From the NCBI GenBank assembly GCA_963840855.1, contig CAWJBB010000079.1, positions 128,001 to 192,000 on the forward strand: 64,000 bases of DNA, given 5' to 3'. A program made the translations under genes and the position numbers. This document shows positions 38,778-48,213 of the stretch, piece by piece (the first letter of the stretch is position 1; every line of letters begins with the position of its first letter). The notes beneath the pieces were generated by a model, which worked only from the letters and a program-made list of their open reading frames with translations, ran no database searches and had not been told where the DNA came from. Origin of the DNA: an uncultured delta proteobacterium (lineage in GTDB: Bacteria; Desulfobacterota; Binatia; UBA9968).

Positions 38778-40575
38778 CTATTTGCTCGGCGTTAGTGCAA
38801 GACCCACCGCCGGTAATTTCTCCGCCTTGGCGAATTGCGGATTGGTGTACACCAGCTTACCCGCGACCGCAGTCAGCATTACGTTGATCTTCGAGAGATC
38901 TTCGTCCGGAGTATTCAGGTAATCGCGGTCTATAATGACGAAATCCGCCCACTTCCCACGCTCGAGGGAGCCCAGAACCTTTTCACGCAGAACGTATTCG
39001 GCGGCCCAACGGGTGAACATCTTTAGAGCCGTAGACTTATCGACGGCTTGCTTTGCTCCCCAGGTTCTTCCCTCGCTGTCCTTGCGGGTAACCGCATACT
39101 TGATGTGAGCAAAGGCGCCGCCTTCCTTTCTGTGCACCCTGCGATCGTCCATTTCCATAACGACTTTCCCGCCGGCTTGTAGAATGTTCTGGATGGGCGC
39201 GTTCATCTCATGCGCGTATTTTTCGCCGTAGTCCCGGGATATGTCGGCAGCATCCTCTATATATCGGGGCGCGCAACTCCAGATGATGTCGAGTTTTTTT
39301 CCCCGTTCGATTTGGTCGGGCCGCGGGCTCATGCCGCAGTGGTCAATGTTATGCTTCTTGGCCCGGATCTCATCGGCGCTTATTCCCGCCTCCGCGCTCG
39401 CCTTCTCGATCAGGTCGAGATATTTATCGACCGCGCCATCGCCATAGACATGGGTTCCTGAGATGCGCTGCCCTGCTTGAACCGCGGCGCGCATGATTTT
39501 GTATTGCGCATCCGCCTCGCATATCTCCCGCGACTTGATTTCGTCACGCGCATTAACCGTGGTGCAGTGCCGCGGGTAACTGCTGTCGAGAGCGGACAGC
39601 GATACGCCAATGGTCCACAAGTAGTTCGTGCCGTGACCGACATTGTTTCCCAGCCGCTTGTAGAACTCTGCCGGCATGGGCAAAACCTGCGGCGCCCATT
39701 CGATGCGAGTACGCAAAGCGGATCGGCATCTCACCGGCACGGTCCAGCACGGCAAAGCCGTCAAAAACCTTGGCCGTTGGTAGCGACGATGACCAAGTGG
39801 TAACGCCAAGCGCAGACCAGGCCTGTAACTCCTTCTTATAAATGGCTGCGAGTGTTTACGGCTTTTGCACGAGAATCTCGCCGATTAACGTGCGCATGGC
39901 GCCGGAGCCGATCGGCCCCCGTGGAGTCCCTTTCGCGTCCGAGGGTATCTCTTCTGGAAGCTCGCCGAAGTAGTCAGTGAACATCTTAAAGATGAGACTG
40001 TTCGCCCTTCTATCCGTGCCGCGGAGCTGGACGACAATCGGATTCTTAGGCGCAAGCTCGTCCATTTCTTTCAGCATCATCTTTTTGCCGAACTCCTCAG
40101 CGACGCTAGACGGCTGGAGTTGCACGTGGACGATCTTGCCCGCGGGAGTTTTCGCAAGCATCTCCTTCAAGCGAGCGATCGCTTCGTCGACGGATTTAAC
40201 CCGAACCTCGGTCTGCCGGTACTGCGCCAACTCCGGCTCGAGCTTTTCAAGATCGTTCGCCCAATTTGCCGGTGCGTAATCGAACAGGTGGGAATGTGTG
40301 TCGATAAACCCAGGTAGTACTGATTTACCCTTCAGGTCCAGTTGCAGGGTTTTAGGGCCGGCTAGCGCGAGGATTTCGCTGTTGCTGCCGACGGCCATGA
40401 TTTTGCCGTCGCGCACGGCAAGGGCCTGCGACACGGAAAAACGCTCGTCCACCGTAACTATTTTCCCATTGTGATACACAGCATCCGCGAAAATCACCAT
40501 CCCTTTACCGGTTTGCGCCGCGGCTTGACTCGTGAGAAGACAGTACGACATTAAGAAGCTAATCAGCCATCTCAT
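38778..40575 (-). CDS. Exported amidohydrolase-3 paralog 5; in-frame TAA at 39856 and frameshift near 39680 (error or pseudogene)
   Basis: AAA|Q, IDTHSH; reading continues in frame through the stop (GVTTWSS, GEMPIRFAY), then THVYGD, DHC, SCAPRY in the shifted frame. Confidence 0.85.
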
Positions 40576-40670
40576 GGGTTTTTCCTCCTTGTGACTGTAT
40601 TTAAGTCAACGCAGGCAATGTGTCCACCCCTGCGCCGTTAAAAAATCACCCAACTTCGCCCAGGCGCGAG

Positions 40671-41787
40671 TCACTGCTCCGTAGCCCGCGGCGCTGGCAA
40701 TCCCCACACTTCAACGGCGATGCGCTCGGCAATCTTGTTTCCTTTTAGCAAGCAGGCGACATTGCAAAACGAAACGCTGGCGCTCTTTGTTAGCTGATGA
40801 GTTAAATTTCCCTCAACCAGGAACGAACCTCTACCGGGTTCCGTCGATTCGACGATTTGCTGGGCCTCGCCGAGAAGCTAAAAACTCCAGCCAGAGAAGC
40901 GCTGCATGAGGATTCTTGGCGCCCGCATAGATCGCCTGGGGATCGTGCAAGGTGATCGGGAGAATCTCCGGTACTACCATCTTGATGGGCAGATTCGGAT
41001 CCTTCTTCAACATGCGGCTCATCGGATGGATATACATCCCGCAGTTCATGGAGAGCTTGCCCTCGGCCAGCAAACCGAGGTTGCGGGTATTGCCCCGGCC
41101 AAACACTGCCTGGTTATCTTTCAATCCCCGGGCAAAGTCGAAAAGTCTTTCCTCCCCCCAGCGCGGGATGAGCCATGTCAGCATATTGGGATTGGCATCG
41201 ACGCTGAACCTGCCTTTCCATTGCGAGTCGAGGCAGCTCGCCCAACCCTTGGGGGCTTTGTCCGCTGCTATCAGGCTTGAGTTGTAAGTGATGATGCCGG
41301 TGTTGTTCGACGGCCACACAATCATGCCCGTGTCATCGATCATCTCGATGGGAATTTTGATCTGACCATCCCGCGCCATCGCCTTGAGGTCATACTTTTT
41401 GACAAGCCCCCGCTCAGGATATTCGTTTGGGAAAGAGCCGCTAAATCCTAAAACATCGACGACCGCCTCGCCTGCGACAAGCTCATCGAGCGCTTGTTTG
41501 GGATTTGGCCTCGAGCCCATTTTGCTGGCGCCCCACCCGGGCTGCACAAAGGGATACCTTTTGCCGAACGCCTTGAGAAGCTCCGGTATCGTTGCTTTGT
41601 CATACTCGGGCCGCAGCGCGGGATGCAAAAGCAGTTTCCCTTCCTTCTTCGCTCCCTCGATCATCTGCGCGCTTGACACATAAATCGTTGCCGGCCTTGG
41701 CTGGGCCGTGGATTGGCTCGCGGAAAACATTGCCGCGAGAGCAAACGGGATAGAAAAACAAACATGGAAATATTGCGCTAGTTTCAT
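40671..41787 (-). CDS. AfuA-like ABC substrate-binding protein; frameshift near 40873
   Basis: Signal peptide, GAKKEGKL, FGKRYPFV, NPHAALLWLEF; shifted frame continues GEAQQIV...VWGLP to a stop at 40671; homologous to 10121..11245. Confidence 0.8.
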
Positions 41788-42086
41788 TTTTGTAACCTTT
41801 GTGCTCTTTGTGGCTGATCTTGCCTGCCTTCTATGTGGTTCAAAGTTTTCGCGGCGCGCGCAAATTCTTTGGTTACCTTGATCCTAAATTGGGGAATTCA
41901 CAAGACAATACGGTATCACCACGTAAGGCACGAAGGACTCGAAGGGTCCGAATATTTATATTATTAAACTTCGTGAACTTCTGCCTTCGTGGTGAGTCCC
42001 TTCTTCTTGTGCCCTTTAGGGTTAAATCGCTTATTCCGTTTGGTTGCGGTCGCCGCGCTAGGTTTTTCGTGGCGCGTGTCCCTAAC

Positions 42087-42557
42087 CTACCGCCGGCCCG
42101 CCTCGATGGGAAATTTACGCTTTTCCCAGCCGTAAAACCCTTCCAGCATGAAAGCGATATTTCTGTACCGGTTGTCCTCAAAAAGCTGAAACACGGAGTC
42201 CGGAATCTCGTCTTGCGGCGTTGCCGCGTATACAATGACCCTTCCCGACTTGGGAATCTCGCCCAACCGCTTGTCCAACTCCGCCATCGGAATCGAGCGG
42301 GAGCCGGGAAGTCTTTTGTCTTGGAACTCTTTTGCCGGCCGGATATCGATGAGCAAAAATTTTTCGCCGGCGTCGAGCAGCAGCTTGAGGCGGTCGGCCG
42401 CGATGGTAGTAACGTCCCTGCCCTCATGCCCGGCTTCCGCCAGCGCCGGCGCTAAAGCAAGAACCAAGACCGTTAGAAAAATAATTACATGGCCCGCCCT
42501 GACGATTCTTATCGCCGATTGCTTTTCCCTCTTGATGGCTCGTTTACGGATTGCCAT
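42087..42557 (-). CDS. Exported rhodanese-fold protein 5 (cysteine-free, YAAT)
   Basis: AEA|GH, IDIRP..EF..KRLPGSRSIP, VIVYAATP, EGFYGW. Confidence 0.87.
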   Translation of the reverse strand: MAIRKRAIKREKQSAIRIVRAGHVIIFLTVLVLALAPALAEAGHEGRDVTTIAADRLKLLLDAGEKFLLIDIRPAKEFQDKRLPGSRSIPMAELDKRLGEIPKSGRVIVYAATPQDEIPDSVFQLFEDNRYRNIAFMLEGFYGWEKRKFPIEAGRR

Positions 42558-42587
42558 CGCTGCTGCGGCTCAGTTATCTTCTCTCGC

Positions 42588-44423
42588 CTACTTACTTGCC
42601 GCCCTTTCATAAACCGTCTTGCCGCCCACGATGGTCAGATCGACCAGCAACTCGTCGATCTTGTCCTCCGCGACGGACATGTAATCGCCGTTGAATACCA
42701 CCAGGTCGGCATATTTGCCGCGCTCGATGGAACCCAGCATCTTCTCCTCGCCGATGAATTTCGCCGCATTATACGTCGTCATCAACAAAGCCTGTTTCCT
42801 ATCGATGGCTTGATTCTTACCCCACACCCGCCCTTCGCGGGCGCTGCGCGTGCTTTTATCCGTCCGGGTCACGAACCGCTCGATCCTCCAGACCGGCGGC
42901 TCATCCGGCTTACCGCCCTCGATGTGGACATTCACCCCGGCATTGATCAAGTCCTTGACCGGCTGCATGGAATGCATCTGCTCGCCGTACTGCGCGAAGA
43001 GCATCTCTTCGCCCCGCACGACGCGCTGGCTGAAAATCTCGGAATTCAACCCGAATGCCAATCCGTCGCCGAGCTGCTTGGACAGGGCGAGCGATTTCGC
43101 ATCCCAGATCAAGTTGTGATCGAGCGCGTTGCGCCCGAGCATGGTGTGCACCTTGATCTCAGGTTGCTTCTCGGCGTCCGCCAGACTTTCCAGCACGATT
43201 GTCGTCGCGCCGCTGCCCATATTGTGGTTACCGCTGATATTCCAGCCGTGTTTGCGCAGGAGTTGTAGAGTCGTCCATTCGGTATCGCGTTTCTCTGCGT
43301 CGTTAAGATCGCGCCACTGCTTGCCGGTCCATTCCGGCCCCGTCCATTTGTTGCGTCCGTAGAGCCCGCCCTTGACCTCGGCATGAGCGGCCCGCTTGGG
43401 CTCGTTGGTCATGATGCCGCCATCATCCGACGCGCCGTCCACCGGTCCCACCGCGGCGCCAACGATTCTTACCATGTCATCGCCGAGTCTAAAGTTCACC
43501 AGGTTGGGAGTACGCCGCAGAATCTGGTCGGCCATGGGATTTTGCCGCGCGAAATCTAAGGTAGGGCGGATACGCATCTTGAGGCGGTCGTGATGGAACA
43601 TCTGGCTAACGATGGTCACCGTGTAGCCGCTCGCATGACCGGTGATCGTCGTCACCCCGACCCTGAGAAATTGGTCGATGATTTCCGCCTGCTCCTTGAA
43701 GATCTCTTCGGTGAGCTCCGGCCAGTCGCGCAGGTTCCAGCCGATAAATCCCAGGGCCTGACTGAAGAGCTGGCCGGTGGGATTGCCGTTCGCATCCTTG
43801 ACGACTTGAAAGTGCTCTTTGCGCATTCCCGCGGCGAACGCCTTCTCCAACATGAGCGTGTTGACGACTCCCTCTGAGCTGGAAAGCGACAGCATCAGAG
43901 GATTATTGGGCGCGAGCTTGTCCAGGTCCCTGGCCGTCAGTTTCGACAGATCGCTGACGAATTCGTCCGCCATGCGGACGTATACGCTCGAGCCGGGCTT
44001 TGCCTGCGAAACCAGATTGCCGACCTGAGTCAACATCTCGGGGACGTTCTTGCCTCGAACCCTCCTGCCAACTTTTCCATTGACCATGGTGTCCTTATAG
44101 AGATCGCCGCCCGCAAAGGCATTGTCGCCGTCGCTGTCGATGAATCCTGGGACGACGCTTCTCCCTCTGAGATCGACGCGGCGCGTGTCCGGCCCCGCGA
44201 GCCTCATCATTTCAGCGCTGCTCCCCACCGCGAGAATCTTTCCGTCCCGCACCGCCACCGCCTCGGCGACGGTGAAATTCTTGTCAGCGGTGAGCACTTT
44301 GCCGTTGTGCAAAATCAAATCGGCGTAGCGGATCAGCTCCGGCGGCAGCGTCTGAGTGACGCCCTGGCCTGCGAGCATCAACAAGAAAAACCAGCCCGGA
44401 TAAGCGGATAAAATTGTTCTCAT
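42588..44423 (-). CDS. Exported amidohydrolase-3 paralog 6, divergent (DSDGD in place of DTHxH; no Cys)
   Basis: LILHNGKVLT, AVAVRDGKI, VVPGFIDSDGD, GSIERGKYADLVV; AAGGAGG RBS. Confidence 0.88.
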   Translation of the reverse strand: MRTILSAYPGWFFLLMLAGQGVTQTLPPELIRYADLILHNGKVLTADKNFTVAEAVAVRDGKILAVGSSAEMMRLAGPDTRRVDLRGRSVVPGFIDSDGDNAFAGGDLYKDTMVNGKVGRRVRGKNVPEMLTQVGNLVSQAKPGSSVYVRMADEFVSDLSKLTARDLDKLAPNNPLMLSLSSSEGVVNTLMLEKAFAAGMRKEHFQVVKDANGNPTGQLFSQALGFIGWNLRDWPELTEEIFKEQAEIIDQFLRVGVTTITGHASGYTVTIVSQMFHHDRLKMRIRPTLDFARQNPMADQILRRTPNLVNFRLGDDMVRIVGAAVGPVDGASDDGGIMTNEPKRAAHAEVKGGLYGRNKWTGPEWTGKQWRDLNDAEKRDTEWTTLQLLRKHGWNISGNHNMGSGATTIVLESLADAEKQPEIKVHTMLGRNALDHNLIWDAKSLALSKQLGDGLAFGLNSEIFSQRVVRGEEMLFAQYGEQMHSMQPVKDLINAGVNVHIEGGKPDEPPVWRIERFVTRTDKSTRSAREGRVWGKNQAIDRKQALLMTTYNAAKFIGEEKMLGSIERGKYADLVVFNGDYMSVAEDKIDELLVDLTIVGGKTVYERAASK

Positions 44424-44439
44424 GAGCGACCTCCTTAAA

Positions 44440-44459
44440 AATACGACTAAAGTCGTATT
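44440..44459. promoter_or_regulatory. Perfect 8-4-8 palindrome in the divergent promoter region (candidate operator)
   Basis: AATACGAC-TAAA-GTCGTATT; degenerate copy near 46312-46330. Confidence 0.5.
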
Positions 44460-44544
44460 GCTTTTCGTCGAGATTTAGGCGAGAAATACGCCCAATTCAC
44501 AAAGATTACCAGGGAAAACAATAAACGCTTTAAGGGGGTCAAGG

Positions 44545-46098
44545 ATGGAAATACGACGTGGATTTTTCCTGACGATTGGAGTGGCGTTCTTCGCGTCGCT
44601 CTTAATGGTGACGCCTGCATCGGCGGCCAACGACGAGATTGAAGCGCAGATCAAAGCTTTGGAGCAGGAGGTCTCGAAGATCGAGCCGCTCAAAGACCAG
44701 ATCGAGCGGCTCAGGTCGCAGCAGATAGAATTGAAGAAAGACGCAACCGCGGCGGCGGCTGCTTTGCCGGCGTTTGAATACCGCCCGGGCCGCGGCTTGA
44801 CGATTACCGCCGCGGACAAGAGCTGGTCGTTTAATACGACTTACCGGCTCAACATGTACTTGTACAATATTCTCCAGGGGAAGCCGAATTTCTCCGCAGC
44901 GATGGCGATCAAATAAATACTGGCGCCACGCAAGGGGAGATTTTCCCCCGCCGCAACCGTTTGTACTTTTCGTATTGCTGGTCGGACTGCTTTCTCCAGG
45001 CGGATGTCACCTTCGACGGTGAGACCGCCCCACGCGCAAGTTTCCTGGCGCGACAGCGAACTCTGGTTTCGCTTCGACCAGTTCAACGAGTACCTGCCCT
45101 ATTTTTCCGTAGGTCTGCGCCGGGGCGCCGGTAGAACCCACATAGGGAGAAGCTCCGACAACGACGGGAAGATGGAACATAGCATAATCGTCGACGGCTT
45201 TGCCTGGGGCGGCGACGGCTCCCATGCCGGTGCGGGTATAGGTTGGGAGGGGATAGATATTGGCCCGAGTAAATTCGAACTCTACGTCAACTAGGCGACG
45301 AGCAGGCAGGGCACGCACCAGGAATTCGTCAATGACGACCGCAAGGGGCTTATGACGTTTCTTGGGGTCAGGCCCTTTGCCAACATGAAGAACAAGTGGA
45401 TTGAAGGGCTTGATATTGGCTTCGGCTACCAGGCCCAGTCGCAAAATTCGCCGTTTAACATGCAAGGCGCCGATGGCGTTAGCGAGATCCGGGTCCGCAA
45501 CGCCGAGCGGCGTGGCCGCTTCGATTTGTTTAGGCCGGCGGTTGAGCTATGTCCACCCGGCGAAGACAACTGTGATCAGAACTTCGGTGGCGGCTGGAGT
45601 TATGTGATAATCCCCGGCCTCCAGTAGAAGATCGGCCCCTACATGTTCCGGGCCGTTTGGGTGAAAACCCAGTACAGGGGCAAGGATGATACCTTGCGAG
45701 GCATTGAGGGAAGGGGCTGGACCGTCGACCATCAGGTCTTCCTGTGGAGCCCGAAGGGTTTCTTCACCGGCAGTCAGACCACGCCGAACTCGATCATGTT
45801 CTCCTTTGGCTTTGAGCGCGGCGATATGGAATGCGGCGAGGGCTGCGATGCCTCGCCGGGCGCGGGTTCATTCCACTCCAATACCGTGTTAAACCGGGAA
45901 GCAGCACTGTGGTACTGGGTCCGGCCGAGCTTTGGCATAGGCACGTGGTTTCATTACTGGACAACGGCCAATACGCCCGTGCGGACTCAGGTAGGAACTG
46001 GCTGCAAGAACAATATTGCTGATGCTGAAGCCGGGAGTGGCGCGGCCAGGAAATGCAGTTTTACCAGCGCGAAATTCGGTATACGCTACCGCTGGTAA
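44545..46098 (+). pseudogene. Outer-membrane beta-barrel (OprO/OprP-like architecture) copy 1; two frameshifts and two in-frame TAG stops
   Basis: Signal peptide ASA|A, N-terminal coiled coil, amphipathic strands, C-terminal GIRYRW; TAG at 45292 and 45625 where copy 2 has TTG and TAC. Confidence 0.7.
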
Positions 46099-46117
46099 CA
46101 GAAAACGCAAGAAGAGC

Positions 46118-46151
46118 AAAAAAGGGCGCGAGAATCTCGCGCCCTTTTTTT
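46118..46151 (+). terminator. Rho-independent (bidirectional) terminator
   Basis: AAAAAAGGGCGCGAG-AAT-CTCGCGCCCTTTTTTT. Confidence 0.9.
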
Positions 46152-46417
46152 GATGGTTCTGATCTCCCCTAGTCTGAATTAATCGCAGCTTTAGAAATGA
46201 TCCGCCTAGAAGACGATTGTGCAACATAGCTAAGAGCTTCGATAAGTCTGATACGGATAAAAAATAGAGGTAAATAGTATGAAAATGGTATGTTTTTGAT
46301 ATTAGTGAGAAAAATACACTAAAGTCGTATTGCTTTTGGTGGAGATTTAGGCGAGAAATACGCCCATTCACAAAGATTACCAGGGAAAAACAATAAACGC
46401 TTTAAGGGGGGTCAAGG

Positions 46418-47971
46418 ATGGAAATACGACGTGGACTTTTCCTTACGATTGGAGCGGCGTTCTTCGCGTCGCTCTTAATGGTGACGCCTGCATCGGCGGC
46501 CAACGACGAGATTGAAGCGCAGATCAAAGCTCTGGAGCAGGAGGTCTCGAAGATTGAGCCGCTCAAAGACCAGATCGAGCGCCTCAGGTCGCAGCAGATA
46601 GAATTGAAGAAAGACGCAACCGCGGCGGCGGCTGCTTTGCCGGAGTTTAGTTACCGCCCGGGCCGCGGCTTGACGATTACCGCCGCGGATAAGAGCTGGT
46701 CGTTTAATACGACTTACCGGCTCAACATGTACATGTACAATATTCTCCAGGGGAAGCCGAATTTCTCCCAGGATGGCGATCAAATAAGTACTGGCGCCAC
46801 GCAAGGGGAGATTTTCCCCCGCCGCAACCGTTTGTACTTTACGTTTTGCTGGTCGGACTGCTTTATCCAGGCGGATGTCACCTTCGACGGTGAGAGCGCC
46901 CCACGCGCAACTTCCTGGCGCGACAGCGAACTCATGTTTCGCTTCGACCAGTTCAACGAGTACCTGCCCTATTTTTCCGTAGGTCTGCGCCGGGGCGCCG
47001 GTAGAACCCACATAGGGAGAAGCTCCGACAACGACGGGAAGATGGAACATAGCATAATCGTCGACGGCTTTGCCTGGGGCGGCGACGGCTCCCATGCCGG
47101 CGCAGGTATCGGTTGGGAGGAGATAGATGTTGGCCCGAGTAAATTCGAGGCCTACATCAACTTGGCCACGAGTAGACAGGGCACGCACCAGGAATTCGTC
47201 AATGACGACCGCAAGGGGCTCATGACGTTTTTTGGGGTCAAGCCCTTTGCCAACATCAAGAACAAGTGGATTGAAGGGCTTGATATTGGCGTCGGCTACC
47301 AGGCCCAGTCGCAAAATTCGCCGTTTAACATGCAGGGCGCCGATGGCGTTAGCGAGATCCGGGTCCGCAACGCCGAGCGGCGTGGCCGCTTCGAGATGTT
47401 TAGGCCGGAGGTTGAGCAATGTCCACCACCGCGACAGACGGCTGTGATCAGAACTTCGGTAGCGGCTGGAGTTATGTGATAATCCCCGGCCTCCAGTACA
47501 AGGTCGGCCCCTACATGTTCCGGGCCGTTGGGGTGAAAACACATGTACCGGGGCAAGGATGATGGTTTGCGAGGCATTGAAGCAACGGGCTGGACCATCG
47601 ATCATCAGGTCTTCCTGTGGAGCCCGAAGGGTTTCTTCACCGGCAGTCAGACCACGCCGAACTCGATCATGTTCTCCTTTGGCTTTGAGCGCGGCGATAT
47701 GAAATGCGGCGAGGGTTGCGATGCCTCGCCGAGCACGGGTTCATTCAACTCCAATACCGTGTTAAACCGGGAAGCAGCACTGTGGTACTGGGTCAAGCCG
47801 AGCTTTGGCATAGGCACGTGGTTTCATTACTGGACAATGGCCAATACGCCCGTGCGGACTCAGGTAGGAACTGGCTGCAAGAGCAATATTGCTGCTGCTG
47901 AAGCCGGGAGTGGCGCGGGCAGGAGTTGCAGTTTTAGCAGCGCGAACCTCGGTGTACGGTTCCGCTGGTAA
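46418..47971 (+). CDS. Outer-membrane beta-barrel copy 2; compensating frameshifts near 47430 and 47540
   Basis: Paralog of 44545..46098; C-terminal GVRFRW; Cys pairs in loops. Confidence 0.7.
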
Positions 47972-47991
47972 TAGAAAAAGCAAGAAGAGCG

Positions 47992-48025
47992 AAAAAGGGC
48001 GCGAGATTCTCGCGCCCTTTTTTTT
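47992..48025 (+). terminator. Rho-independent (bidirectional) terminator
   Basis: AAAAAGGGCGCGAG-ATT-CTCGCGCCCTTTTTTTT. Confidence 0.9.
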
Positions 48026-48088
48026 GCGCGACGCTTCTAGTGTCCTGACCCAGAAGTTCGCAAAAGAAGTCAGAGGGGGCCTTCTGAC

Positions 48089-48213
48089 CGTCATGCCCGC
48101 CCTTCGGCTGGGCTCAGGACAAGCTCCGGGTAGCTTGTAGGGGCGGGTTTCAAACCCGCCCTTACCCTGGATTCCGGGTCGCGCTAGCTATCGCCAGCTC
48201 GCCCGGAATGACG
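48089..48213. repeat. Nested REP composite (CGTC-type ends enclosing a GTAG-type hairpin)
   Basis: CGTCATGCCCG ... GGATTCCGG ... CGGAATGACG enclosing CCCTTCG..GCTCAGG and GTAGGGGCGGGTTTCAAACCCGCCC. Confidence 0.6.

Noticed and set aside
16710-42455. Similar small ORFs at 16710, 23203 and 41799 as a new protein family
   Set aside because: Their similarity is the translated 200 bp DNA repeat, and they run antisense into real genes.
45292-45627. Amber recoding (pyrrolysine or alternative code) from two in-frame TAGs in porin copy 1
   Set aside because: The paralog has Leu and Tyr codons one base away, the same gene also has frameshifts, TAG ends many normal genes here, and no pyl genes are seen.
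3357-47605. Long antisense ORFs (e.g. 3357..4400, 13719..14432, 27752..28591, 42489..43268, 46475..47605)
   Set aside because: Shadow frames of well-supported genes in GC-rich DNA, with no motifs.
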